Part shown: one piece after another, positions 26,610 through 41,631 of the stretch
How the letters are laid out: each line of letters begins with the position of its first letter
How positions within the stretch are numbered: position 1 is the stretch's first letter
Source of the DNA: the human T2T-CHM13v2.0 reference genome, Homo sapiens
Assembly (NCBI RefSeq): GCF_009914755.1
Contig: NC_060928.1
Strand: one strand, 5' to 3'
DNA: 64,000 bases
Translations under genes and position numbers: made by a program
The notes under the pieces: generated by a model
The model's database searches: none
What the model saw: only the letters and a program-made list of their open reading frames with translations
What the model was told of the DNA's origin: nothing

Positions 26610-29035
26610 ATTATATTATACTTCTCTTCAGAAACTATGTAAGCTAGGACAGAATGAAGTGAAATATTTAAAGAGTAAAAGGAAAAAAACTATCAACCTA
26701 TAATTTTCTATCCAGTGAAATTCATCTTCAAAAATGAAGAAGAAATAAAAAGTGCCTAGATAAACAAAAATGAAGCATACTTGCCTTATAAGTAATATTA
26801 AAATAAGTTATTCAAAGAGAATGAAAATAATATGGGTGAGAAACTTGAAACTACATAAAGAAAAGAACATTGGGGAAGAAATTTGTTCTTCTTGTCTCAC
26901 CTGTGATAATGTATAGTGTTATTTTAAAGAGAACTTGGATTAATATCTAAATTATTATTCCATATTTTAAGGCAAGCACTAAAATAAATTAATTAAAAAT
27001 AATTGATAAGAGAGAACAGAAAATAATATTATGTGCAATGTCCAGTTAAAACCAAAGAAAGATTAAAAAATAATGAAAACCAAAATATAAAGAAAGGACA
27101 AGAATAATACAAAGAAAATAATTACATACATGGTAGATATTAATCCAACTACATCAATAGTTACTTTAAATGTGAATGTCTAAATATAAAATTAAAAAAC
27201 AGACTGTCAGAGTAGGTAAGAACAACAAGACAGAACTATATGTTGTCTATAAGAATCCTACTTTAAATATAAAGACACAAATGGATTAAAAGTGAAGGGG
27301 GAAGCAAAAAGAACAAAACTGGAAGAATCACATTGCCTCACTTCAAATCATACTACAGAGCTGTAGTAACCAAAACAGTAGGGTACTAGCATAAAAACAG
27401 ACACATAGACCAATGAAACAGAATAGAAAGCCCAGAAAGAAATCTATACATCTATAGTGAACTCATTTTTGACAGACTCTCCAAGAATATATATTGGGAA
27501 AAGGACAATCACTTCAATAAATGATGCTGGGAAGAACTGTATATCCATATGCAGAAGAATGAAACTAGAACCCTATCTCTCACCATATACAAAAATCAAA
27601 TCAAAATGGATTAAAGACAAATCAAAGAAGCCAAACTATGAAACTACTACAAGAAAATATTGGGAAAACTCTTGAGGGCATTGGTCTGGGAAATTATTTC
27701 TTGGGTATATCTTATAAACACAGGCAACCAAAGAAAAAATGGACAAATCGGATTACATCAAGTTAAAAAGCTTTTGCCCAGCAAAAGAAACAATCAAAAA
27801 GGGAAAAAACAACCCACAGAATGGGAGAAGATCTTTGCAAACTATCTATCTGACAAGGAATTAATAATTGGAATAAATAAGGAGCTCAAACAACTCTATA
27901 GGAATAAAATCTAATAATCTAATTGAAATGGGAAAAAGATCTGAGTAAATATTTTTCAAAAGAAGACAATCAAATGGCAAACAGGTGTATGAAAATTTCT
28001 CAACATCATTGATCATCAGAGAAATGAAAATCAAAATGTCAATGACATTATTTCACCCAGTTTAAATGGTTTTTATCCAAAAGACAGGAAAAAAACAAAT
28101 ACTGCCAAGAGTGTGGAAAAATGGGAAACCTCATACACTGTTAGAGAGAGTGTAAATTAGTACAACCACTATGGGGAACAGTTTGGACATTCCTTGAAAT
28201 ACTAAAAATATACATGTCATATGCTCCAGCAATGCCACTGCTGGGTGTCAGTGTATCAGTGATATATCTGCCCTCTCATGTGTTTTGCAGCACTATTCAC
28301 AGTAGCCAAGATTTGGAAGCAACCTGTGTTTGTCAACAAATAGATAAAGAAAAGGTGGTACATATACACAATGGAGTACTATTCAGCCATAAAAAATAAT
28401 GAGATCATGTCATTTTGCAACAACATCATTGAAAATTGAGGACATTATGTTAAGTGAAATAAGCCAGGCACAGAAAGAAAAACTTCACAGGTTCTCAATT
28501 ATTTTGGGGAACTAAAAATTAAAGCAATTTAATCTCATGGAGATAGAAAGTAGAATGATGGTTGCCAGAAGCTGGCAAGGGTAATTGTGGGGTGGGGTGG
28601 GAATAGTTAATGGGTACAGACAATAAAGCTAGATAGAATAAATAAGATTTAGTATTTGAAAACACAACAGGGTGACAACAGTCAACAATAATTTGTTGTA
28701 TATTAAAATAATTAGAAGAGTATAAATGGATTGTTGGTAACACAATGAAAAGGTAAATATTTGAAGTGATAAGATACTCATTTCCTGACATGTATGATTA
28801 CCATTTATTGTATGCCTGTATCAAAATGTCTCATATATCCACATAAATATATACACCTATTATGTACCTACAAATTTTTTTTAAATGAAGGGGTGAAAAA
28901 AGATGTAACATGCTAACACTAACTAAAAGAAAACTGGAGTAGCTTTGTTAATTCTAGACAAAGAAGGATTCAGAGCAATGAAAATTACCAAGAATAAAGA
29001 AGGACATTACATAATGATAATGAGATCAATTACCC
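26610..29035 (+). mobile_element. old L1M ORF1 end and ORF2 start, split by an L1MA insertion
   Basis: TTCTATCCAGTGAAATTCATCTTCAAAAATGAAG (ORF1); TACTTTAAATGTGAATG (ORF2 start); resumes ~28885 and runs to GGACATTACATAATGATAATGAGATCAATT. Confidence 0.75.
27301..28884 (+). mobile_element. 5'-truncated L1MA2/3-like element
   Basis: ORF2 3' remnants (ICRRMKLEPYLSPYTKIKSKWIKD; QPTEWEKIFANY), L1MA 3'UTR; flanks AAGTGAAGGGG / AAATGAAGGGG are a likely TSD. Confidence 0.88.
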
Positions 29036-29159
29036 CATATTTACTTTTAACTAACAGAATATGGTAAAGATAATCAGATATGGCTTTCTTGATTGTGCTA
29101 TATTACTCCATTTTGCTGGCATATTCTGTTTTCTGGCTTTATAAACTAAGTCACCCATC

Positions 29160-29900
29160 ATAGCCAGTTCAGGGTATGTATTAGTGCATTTTCACACTGC
29201 TGTAAAAAATATCCAAGACTGGGTTATTTATAAAGAAAAGAGGCTTAATGGACTCACAGTTCTACATGGCTGGGGAGGCCCCAGGAAACTTACAATCATG
29301 GCAGAAGGGGAAGCAGGTACGTCTTACATGGCTGCAGGAGAGAGAGAGTGTGTGTGAAGAAAGAGCAGTCTAACACTTATAAAATCATCAGATCTCATTA
29401 GAATTCACTCACTATCATCAGAACAGCATGGGGGAAACTGCCCCCGTGATCTAATCACCTCCCACTCGTTCCCACCCTCGACACATGGAAATTATGGGGA
29501 TTACAATTTAAGATAAGATTTGGGTGGGGACACAGTGTCAAACCATATCAGGCTGCTATAACAAATTATCATACACTGGGTGGCTTAAACAAGAAACATT
29601 TATTTCTCTGCGTTCTGGAGGCTGGGAAATTCAAGATCAAAATGCCAGTAGCTACAGTGTCTGGTGAAGACTCTCTTCCTGGTTTGCAAATGGACATCTT
29701 CTCATTGTATTCTCATATAGAGGAGAGCAGGGAGAGCAGAACAAGCTTCTGCCTGTCTCTTTTTTTAATGAGGAAATAATCTCATCATAAGAGATCCACT
29801 TTTGTGACCCAAATACCTCTGAAGGGCCCATCTCCAAACACCATCACATTGATCATTATGGTTTCAACAGATAAATTTTGAAAGAAAATAGACTACAGAC
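29160..29900 (-). mobile_element. MLT1A0-like LTR split by an MSTA/THE1 LTR
   Basis: CAGTTCAGG | GGCTGCTATAACAAATTATCATACACTGGGTGGCTTAAAC. Confidence 0.7.
29177..29550 (-). mobile_element. MSTA/THE1D solo LTR
   Basis: TGTATTAGT ... AAACCATATCA termini. Confidence 0.9.
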
Positions 29901-30657
29901 TGTTTTTGAGAGTAAACAGCCCTGCAACACCATCACATTGGGAAGACCATGTGACAAAGAACTGCATGCAATCACTAGAAACTTTGGGTGGCCACATGAG
30001 CTGAGCAGGAAAAAGTAAGCTCTCACGTCAATAATTGCACGAAACTGAATGTTATCAACAACCAAGTGAGTGCTGAAGAGAATCCTGAGGCTTAGGTGAA
30101 AACTTAGCCTGGCCAACACCCTAATTACTGCTTTTCATAACATAAGCAGAGGACCTAGTTAAGTAGTGCCACTCTTTTGACCGACAGAAATTGCGAGATA
30201 ACAAACAAGTATTGTTTTAAGCCACTAAAACTGTGGTAATTTGTTACACACCAATACAAAACAAATACAGCTTGTTTTCAGTTTGGTGATATTGTGAATA
30301 AACTGCAATAAATATTTTTATTTATGGTTTTTAGTGGACATACACAGGTATTTTGTTGGGTAAATATCCTTGAATGGAATTTCCAGATCACAGGGAATAT
30401 TTACATTTAATAGTTACAGTCCCATATTTTACTGAAGAGGTTGTACCAATTGACAGTACCACAAGCCATGAAACAGACATTCAGTTATTTCCCAAACTTG
30501 CCAACACTTGACACTGGTAATTCTTTTAATTTTAGCCATTCTGGTACCTATGTACTGGTATATTATTGTGGTCACGAGTTACCTTTTTAGTAAGAATATA
30601 AAATGATATAGACCACCCAAAGCATGTATCAAGGACTTTGTTGATATTTATAAATTA

Positions 30658-31264
<607 letters not shown>

Positions 31265-32269
31265 AAATACGAACATTTTAAAGAAAGAAAATGTAAAAGA
31301 AAAAAAAATGATGAGTAATAATCTAAAAAAAATATTGAAGTAATAAAGTTCGTAAAACAGCTCACAACAGCATCACAAAAGTTTTGTAATACACTAAAGG
31401 GCCTTTAGGACACTGCTTTAATCATGTACATTGGAATTAAGATGTCATTATGCATAAGTGACTAGAACAAAACCTTATTAAAACATTATGCCAACTGGCA
31501 TAATACTAAATGCTGTAGTTGTAACTTGCACAACATATATTCTTGCTTATCTTATTTTACTGTTATAGGCTTTGGAGGTTTCAAGATAAAGAGAAATTAA
31601 AAATCTTCCTGCAATAAGCAAGTTTTCTCCTTCTGAAAATGTAGCTTAGCAACTGACCACACCCCATTTAAAAAGAGCAAGGAAGTGAGAGAGAGAGAGA
31701 GAGACAGGACAACAAATAGAAAAACGGAAAAGTTTTTTGATATAAAATATAAAAAAGGGAAATATAAATGTACAATAAATATTTTATTACATGATGAATC
31801 TTAGTAGTATTCAGGTAAATTATGTTACATTTTATCCATCAGATTGGTAACATTTATTTACTTATTTTTTTGCTGAATAATTTATATAAAGTGTTATATC
31901 TGTATATGCGCAAAGTCTATTAACCCAATACAATTTCATTTCACATATTTAGGGCCGAAAATCATATGTACATACAAGAAAACATGTAGACTCATTGCCT
32001 GTATCTATTTTTATTAATAATAAGACTAATTTGGAAAAAATACAATGTCAATTAAAAAAAGAATAATTTCCTTCATTATAAAATAAATAGACCTAAGCAC
32101 TTCATACGTATCTCCATGCTTTATAAAATGTCCCATTGCTATCACAATTCATTATTCCCAGTTCCTCTCTTCAGAGTGCTTTTGGAAAGTAAAATGCCCA
32201 GAGAGATATGCTACTAATCACCAAGCAGAAGCAAGACAAAAAAAAAAAACATAAGAGCTGACTATTTAT

Positions 32270-32330
32270 CATAATAATAGGTGTAACTTACATTTACATA
32301 GTGCCTAATATGTGCTAGGCATTGTTCTAA

Positions 32331-32373
<43 letters not shown>

Positions 32374-32535
32374 CATTGAGTTCTCAACACAACCAGATAA
32401 GGTAAGTACTGTTTTTATCTCTATACTCTCCATTGATAAGAAAACAGAAGTCTAATATTTTGTTAAAGGTCACAGAGGTGGAAGATAGTGGAGTCAGGCT
32501 TACTAAATCTGGCAGCCATGCTCTCAACCACTGTT
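32270..32535 (-). mobile_element. MIR containing (TG)n at 32335-32370
   Basis: TGTGCTAGGCATTGTTCTAA...AAGGTCACAGAG; TG run. Confidence 0.65.
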
Positions 32536-34784
32536 TTCCTTCTTCTTAACTTGATTTGCTATTCATCTATTAATACTATTGTGGCATTTTTAACTGTGTT
32601 CTAAACTGAATAGCCTGAGTTTACATTTGTTCTAATTCCCAATGCGTATTGAAAACAACCTCTAATCAAAAGGCACGGATTCTCAAACATGAATAGTATA
32701 TGAACTATTAGTGCGTATGAACCAGTATAGGTTAAAAATAAGTGAAATGACCAAGAAATCTCCCAAGATTAACAATTATTTAATTGAATAATTTGTATTG
32801 TTTGTTTCAAAAGTATGTGACTATTGAAAAAAACACTTTACAATTTCTTATGCTTATAGAATGTTATTTTTAAAACAAAACTGATTCAATAAAAACTGGG
32901 AAAGACTGATGATGTTAACTGTTATGAGTTTTTTAAGACAACCTCTATTCACACTCTTTGCCATGTGATGTTTTTGCTCCTCTTAATTAAAGAAAGCTGT
33001 CCGTGTGACTTTTTCTGGCAGTGGAATATGGCAAAAGTGGCACAATGGTAGTCCTTAACGTAGGCCTCAAGATGACTCATATATTCCCCTCTTGTATCTT
33101 CGCCCTATGAAAAGAATCCATCTATTCTAACCTCGTGGATAGAAATAGAGAAACATGAAGCTGCACTAAATTGCTTCAGCCAAAAGACAGTTGATTTGCA
33201 AGTGTTTGAATTCCCAGCATCCAGTAGCCAATTCCCAAATGAAAGCTAAAATCAAATCCAAAGCTACCCTTAGCTAAAACACAGACTTGTAGAATCAGAA
33301 GATGAATAATTGTGTATTGTTTTATGCCTCCATATTTTGGGATGGGTAATCATGTAGCATGACCATGGCACTGTGTAATTAATTCAGAAATTGATGCCTA
33401 TACTTGGTGTGCTGTCATATAAATAAAACATAAAGTATGTGAATTCGTGTACTGGACTACAAGTGAGCAGAGGCTGAAAAAATGATAAAGAAATTGGACA
33501 GGATGGAAAACTGTCAAAGTATGTTATGGATTGATAACTTATACTGGCAGTAACTGGGAAGATATAAAGTTTACCCAATGAATATTACTTGTGATGATCT
33601 GATATTGGACCTAAGCCACCAATGTTTGGTTTAAGAGAAAGATTTAGACTGACGTCTGGCTCCATATTTATCTGTTTATGAATTTGATTCCAACAACACA
33701 AATGCAAAGAACAATACTTTAAACAAATATGTACAGGATACATTAATAATTTTAACAGTACTTTAGTAGAAAAATCTGACCCCCATCTTTAGTAAAATGA
33801 GAGTGTAGAATGCTTAAGTGGCAATTTTAATGAGGCTTCATTGAATAACCCTATGATGTTCTCACGTTGTATTTGACAACAGTTTACCATTCCAGTGCTG
33901 TTCATATCTGTATTAAATGGTTATCCATTGTATTTATTGTTAGATTCTGAAAGAAGACAATTATTTCTCATTATACATTTATTCCTGATCAACTGTGTAG
34001 TACTAATTGTTGTGAGTACGTAATTACAGGGATAGAATCATTTTAGACTGACAATAATGAACTCCTCTCTTTGGAACAGATCCTTTTGTGTCTGACAACT
34101 TTCAGTAGCGTGTGCCACCTGATGACTCGTGAGTCATACCACCCTTGTCCATTCAATCTACAAAACCTTTCATACTGAAACCTTGTTATCATTGAATTGT
34201 CAATTTGCTGGAACACATTCATTTAACAACAACAACAAAAAGAATTAAAGTGTTTCCATCACCATCACTGTGCTGTGATAGACTAATTGGTAGTAATAAT
34301 TATTCCCTCACCATGCCCTGTTTGTAAATGTTCAGTCACTTTCACTGAGGTTTAAGGCACATTTATGACACTTACTTTTCAACTTGACCATGTAACTAGC
34401 TTTGGACAAAGGGATGTTAGCAGAGATGGCATAAGCAGGGTCTTAAAAGTTGCTTTTAAGATTGTACTTTCTCTCTTATGTTTCTGCATTGCATTGATCA
34501 GCAGCTGCTCCTTCACCTTGGAACCCAGAGTTAACACAGGTGGAACAAATTTGCTTTAGCCTACCCACAGACATATAAGAATTATACGCTTAGTTTTGAA
34601 TGCCACTGAATTATTATGGCATTATTGTCTGTTACACACTAATTGCCTATTAATATAGTAGTAAGCCAGACAACCCAGAAAATAATTATGCTAATTTTTG
34701 TTGCTTGTCTTTAAGCTTGAACTGAAAATTTGTGAAAGTGTAGAGATCATTCCCCATCGTAAGTATAGAGATTCTTGATGGCGA

Positions 34785-35111
34785 CGAGATAGCCAGGTGG
34801 GAGGGGGTCCCTGGCAAAACTCCACCTGGCCTGCACACTGAGAATAAGCACTGGGGTGGAGCCACAGAAGTTCGCGTCGTTCGCAGCAGGGAGGAGCCTG
34901 GCCTGTCTTCTATCCCTGTGGAACCTGGGATTCAAGCTGTGAGGCTGGAAGTACTCTTAGCAGGAATTCTGGCTTTGTGGAGAGTCCCTGTTTCCTCCTT
35001 TTCACCCAATAAAACCTTGTCTTACCATTCAAATTGTCTGCGAGCCTGAATTTTCATGGCCGTGGGACAACAACCCTGTCTTTAGCTGAACTAAGGAAAA
35101 GTCCTGCAACA
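34785..35111 (+). mobile_element. ERV1 solo LTR, MER61-like
   Basis: GGGGTGGAGCCACAGAAGTTCGCG...CAATAAAACC...TAGCTGAACTAAGGAAAAGTCCTGCAACA; near-TSD GCGA/GCCA. Confidence 0.75.
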
Positions 35112-35249
35112 GCCAAGAGAGGGGTGTAGCTCTTTACAGGCATCATTGTAAGGGTTCCTGACTTAAGTTCACCCAAGCGTATTTTTGACTTTTTCAACCT
35201 GAAAAAGTTTAATAAACTTAGTGTTAGTGTTGGGGAGAAAGCCTTGTCC

Positions 35250-35298
35250 TGGATGGATGGATGGATGGATGGATGGATGGATGGATGGATGGATGAAT
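35250..35298. repeat. (GGAT)n
   Basis: Direct reading. Confidence 0.95.
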
Positions 35299-36034
35299 GA
35301 CACTAATGAACTAGTGTGGCTATTCATTTTTTTATTATTATTGCCAGAGGGCAATTTGAAGAAAAGATGAATTTGACTACAAAGTATACTGGGGGCATGA
35401 GACCAATACACTGGTAAGAAATATATTTACACCTTTTTACATGTTTTTGGTTAGGTTCCCCAAGAAGCGAATTTTTGGAGTCTATTCCCCTTGCCCTTGG
35501 ATTATCTTTATCAAATAAAGTAAACCTTTACAATATGTATTTATGTATTCTCCAGAAGTTTATTGAATGACCTGTGGTACCTTTTGAAACTTAGTCTTCT
35601 ATCATATTGTATATGTTCAACCTCTTAAACCTCTAAAACTCTTCACCTAGAGCACAAGAAGTATATCTTACTTTTGGAACTTAGTAGTGCTCAGGAAATG
35701 TGGGATGACTTAAGTTAAACAGAGTTAAATAATTGAATTGAAAATTTTGGAGCAGTTGCTATACCAGTATGGCCAGCAGTTGAGGACTGATATTGAATAG
35801 GAATGAAAAGGGGAATTGGAAAGTATTTTGATATATTATCATAGAGACAAAAAAAACTCAGTAAATGTTTTGAAAGTTGTAATACATAAGTTTAAAAACA
35901 AACAAAAATAATAGGAAAGTGGCACAGTCATTAGTCTGGCGACAATATGCCTAATTATTGAGGGAGTTGAGAGATAGGTCGTAGGGGCACCAAGTAGGAA
36001 TTTATAATAGCCGTTTAGATATAATGTAACTATT

Positions 36035-36329
36035 GGCCGGGGGCGGTGGTTCACACCTGTAATCCCAGCACTTTGGGATGCGGAGGTGGGCAGATCACCT
36101 GAGGTCAGGAGTTCGAGACCAGCCTGACCAACATGGTGAAACCCCGTCTCTACTACAAATACAAAAATTATCCAGGCCTGGTGGTGTGTCCCTGTAATCC
36201 CAACTACTTAAGAGGCTGAGGCAGGAGAATCACTTGAACTCAGGAGGCAGAAGTTGCACTGAGCCGAGATTGCGCCACTACACTCCAGCCTGAGAGACAA
36301 GGGCGAAACTTCATCTCAAAAAAAAAAAA
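36035..36329 (+). mobile_element. AluSx/Sz
   Basis: Full Alu with poly(A). Confidence 0.93.
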
Positions 36330-37639
36330 TAGAGATAACTATCAACAATATTCAAGATTTCTGCAGCAAGTCTACCACATTTAACCCAACTTAAGAAGAT
36401 TAATAAGAGGACTATATACACATTTTTGGAAATGATCCAAAGAAACCAATAACTAATAGTGCTACCCCTAGCAGCCAGTCACAGTGCAGGGAGTGGTGAT
36501 TACTATGTCTAGATATGAAGGGACAGAGCAAAGTTGGATTTGTAGGGACCCAAACCTAAATAGGGCAGCTATATGAGGAATAAGCTGTGGCCTCCAAGGG
36601 GCACAGTCAATCCTTAGCAACCTGACACTGTCCTCCCACCCTATGATCTCTGCAGGTAATTCCCATCTGCTAAGCAGAACAGAACCTACATTGAAATGAG
36701 ACCCACTGTCACAATGCATAGTGAACTAGGATTAAAGCAAGGTGGAAAACAGTGAGAGTGGTTCAGAAGGGGCAAAGGAAAAATGTCTAGCACATTCTCT
36801 AGAAACAAAATGTGCTTTAGATACAAGATACTAGGAAATACCCAGGAGGGAGTGGGAAATGTATCCATGTTGCTCTTTCCTCAACCAAATAACAGTTACT
36901 GAAGTCTGTGAGTTTCCCTTAAGCGAGTTTGTGCTTAAAAATAAACAAACAGCACCCACCACCAACAAATTTTTGGACTAGCATTTACTTGTCTCATGCC
37001 ATTCTACCCAGCCTGTTTGTGGAATCAGTGGTTCTGGCCATAAGATCTAGACCATAATTGGAAATTTGACAGACTAGTTTAGAAACTTTTTGTAACCATT
37101 TTCTCCATACCTCTGAAAACAGAAAGTCTTGCTGTAAGTTACTAATTTGAAATCTGACTTATTATTGTAAAGATTACATCAAAGACTTTTAATTGTCTCA
37201 GCAAAGAATTTGATATGTAAAAAAAAACTTGATAGAGACAATAGGGAAAAATATTACCTTTAAATTTATAACTAGTTTTAGGCTAAGTTCAAACTTGCAT
37301 CATTATCACATCCTTGCTTTAGACAGAATGAACATCCTGCAAGTAAATATGGTATTTTAACTGAGAGTCTGGGATTCTTCAGTTTGGGAAAAGTAGAAGC
37401 CTGAGGTCATTCGCTGTCTTCTAAGGACAGAAAAAAATTCCATTCTTTTCCAAGTTTATTAGCAGTTTAACTGAAAATCCACATTCTTTCTTTCTAACTA
37501 TATCATTTGTTGCTTCAGAGATGTGATTGATGTGTTGATTTAGAGATGTGCTTTAGAGATTGCTATATCTAGCAATTAAACTTCTACTAATTACATATAT
37601 CATTTTTGTTAAGCCAGTAAACTCTCAAAGTATCAAAGA

Positions 37640-37880
37640 GCAGTATGGTAGCATGGTTAGTGGTAAAGAATATGGAGCTGGGTGGATCAGGGTATCAATT
37701 CCTCTTTTCCACTCACCAGTTGATTAACCTACAATAGTTTACTTAAGCAGTCTTATCTCAGTTCTTCATCCATAAAAATGAAGGAAATGATAGTGATGGC
37801 TCCATGACAGATTAAATAAAACATGCCAAATGCTTAATACAGTATCTAACTAATAGATTTTACTCAATAAATATGAACTG
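37640..37880 (+). mobile_element. MIR
   Basis: CAGTATGGTAGCATGGTTAG...TCTCAGTTCTTCATCCATAAAAATG...CTCAATAAATAT. Confidence 0.7.
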
Positions 37881-38228
37881 AGTGGCTAAAATATGATATG
37901 GGACACCTCTTATACTTTCATAACTTTTGTTGTGTAAAATAAATACTTTCCCACTGAGAAATGTTGATGTGAACATATGTATGGGTATACTGAACCCTGT
38001 ATTTTGTTACTTACACATCACCTATCAAAATATTGTGACCAACCACATGTTTTTGCTGCTAGTTTCTGACCCCTAAATTAGTAATTAGTTATTATTTTTA
38101 AAAAGCTGTACTATATTTTACATACCATAATATCCACCTATTTTAAGTGTATGCAGTCTGATAACTCTTAAGATTTTACAATCTTGCAACCACGGTCATT
38201 TCATGTTATAATATCTCTGGCATTCTAG

Positions 38229-38938
<710 letters not shown>

Positions 38939-41324
38939 AGCGAGTTGTTTTTTTTTTTTTTTCTATGAATTTTATGTAAATTGAATAACCTTATAATCAC
39001 CTAATGATTTTGGCAGTGGTTGTATTCATACACTTCAAACCCATGAGGTTTTTAACCAGTATTGATCAAGTTGTGGATCCACTGAAAAAAACCCTTTTAA
39101 TTGTAGCCAGTATTCAGTTTTTTCTTTTTAAAATTTTTTTCACAATACATTCTCCTATTTTTTTCATGCATGCGGATTTCAATAGTAATCTAAGCATATG
39201 AGGAGAGTTTATTTCAGACCTTTACATCTAACTTTACAGTCTAGCTGTTAAATTTTTGGTTAATATGCTTTGCCTCGTGAACTGGAATACAAACTTGAAC
39301 TAATAAAACTTTTTATTTTCTCTGTTGATTTTGAGCCAAGATCACCACTTTTAGTTGGCCACACTCCCATCTCCCTATCACAGACTCTAGTCTAGGAGAG
39401 CTGTAATTTTGGCTGACCATGCCAAGGAGGTACATGAGAGGAAGGCAAACTCTCAATATTTTCCTCAAAGCTGTAGCCTTTTTTTTAAAAAAAAAAAAAC
39501 AACAGCAAATGCTTCTCAATTTATCTGACTTTGATCCAATCCAAGGACACTAAACTCGTTGCTTTCTGGCAGTTATATGCAATTTTATAATTGTTTTATT
39601 CAGAGGGATATTGCTTTACTTATTCATGCTACCATTTTTAGAATTCCAGTCTGTTGGAGGAGGTGTTTCCTTAGGTGGTGGTTACAGATTGTGGAAAAGT
39701 CTTTATAATATTAGTCCTTTGAAAAGTTGCCTTCTCAATTTTTCTCTGGTCCAGGAATGTTTGACCATTTGCACTTATTTCATGAATTTTGCTGTTCAAT
39801 GCAAGAATAAAGGGATGTGTTTAAAATATATGAAACAATGGGGCATGTTTTTATGTGTCTTTTTCTGTTTAAAAGTGTTTATAAGACTATTTGAAGGTTT
39901 GCTATGTCTATTACCACCTACAGTTTTCAAGTCTTGTTCACTTAAAAAAAAAATCTTCTAATAAGCATTTTGCCACTTTTCTTGGCTTGCTGTTTTATAG
40001 TATTTTCACGTGCTTTAGGGGAATTAATATAAATAAACAAAATGAAGCTAACAAATGAAGCTACAATTGCATCCTGAGTAAAATAAATTACATTTTTTTC
40101 ATCATCCTGAATTACAGAAATGATAAGAATTTTACAGATATTTTTCTTTTTTGCTTTTTATATTAAACTCCTGTCACCTGAGATAAACTGAATATATCTG
40201 ATTGTACTTTAATCAATTTTAATTTCTAAGAAAAAGTTTAGATTCAGGAAATGGAAAGAGAAATAGAGGAAGAAACTAGAAGAGAGAAAAATGGACAGAA
40301 CCTCATGTATGATAAGGAGAGTCATGTAGTTAATGCTATGGCAGTCAAAAGCCTTTATGAACACATATGGATGAAAAGGTAAGAGAAGACATAAAAAGAA
40401 GGCTGAAGGTTTTAAAGGAATATGGAGCATGTTTTGCAGGTTATTGAAGACTTCTGGTGACAACAACCTTAAAGTTGCTCATACACTTAATCTACATTGA
40501 AAGTGTTTATTATATCCTGAAAACCAAAAAACATGACGTGCGATATGTGCGCATCGTACAACCTTTCCCTCCTGCCTTTGAATTGACTTATTTTTTCATA
40601 TATATAGATGAGATAATATATGTCTTTATTGTGGGAACCTCTTTATTATAAAAAATTTCACAAACAAAGCAGAGATTAGTCCAACAAAACTTAATAAATC
40701 CATTACACAACTTTAAGTGGTTTAACTCAGGGCCAGTCTCATTTTATCTGCATTCCCATCTACTTCTTCTCCCTCTTCCTGGATTAGTTTGAGACAAAGC
40801 CAAGGGAGAAGAAACTTTATGTTTTATTCATTATTATTTAACTATGTATGTTTTAATATGACTTTTATATAATTTAATTTTAATTATTAAGTCTAAAAAT
40901 TTTACATTATCTTAGTATTATATGATATCCAGCAGTTGTTGTATTTATGTGGACACTTTACCAAGTCCTTTAAAAATAATTCACAAAGCCATCCCTCCAT
41001 GACTTAGAGGAGTCAAAAAGATAATGTAGAGGCTTTGTGATAACATATTTAATATATTGTTATTGATGGTAAATTCAATTGCTTATAGAAGTTTCTATTA
41101 TCACCGGTTCAATTTACATTCTAGATTTATATGTTCCCCATTTAAATGAAAAATCAAACATCACAAAATTTTAAGGGATTATTTTTCTGTATCATCCAAG
41201 CTCCACCAAAATCTATAAATGTAGACCTTACTTGGCATGTTTACTAAATTATTTTATATTTACATTAAGCAATGATTTTTATGCTTATCATGCACTATGA
41301 GTTGCATGCATTCTTTGGCTTCCT

Positions 41325-41631
41325 TGTGTTTTGCCAAACACTCCATTTGACCAGTGAGCCAAAGTGCACTGTAACTGATGAACTGCAAATGTATTCAATA
41401 TATTTCTGGTAAAATCTGAGTCAGCAAGAAGAGCCTACTGGAGTGCAAAAATTAGCATGACATAATGCCGAGTACATTCTCTCACAAGTTAAAGATATGG
41501 ATAACAAAAGTTAATCCATGATTTCCTAGAATTAATAAATTAGATAAACCTATTTTAGCTTTAATAAGTTTGCAACACAAAGATCATTTACTTGAAGTAA
41601 CACATAATTAAGTTCTTGGAAATTATAATTT
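41325..41631 (+). repeat. inverted repeat, left arm (307 bp, apparently unique sequence)
   Basis: Checked block by block as the exact reverse complement of 42610-42916. Confidence 0.98.

Larger units (their letters stand above)
29045..30270 (+). mobile_element. MLT1E-like LTR hosting nested LTRs
   Basis: 3' part 29940-30270 ends TTTTAAGCCACTAAAACTGTGGTAATTTGTTACAC...AATACA; 5' part about 29045-29155. Confidence 0.6.
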
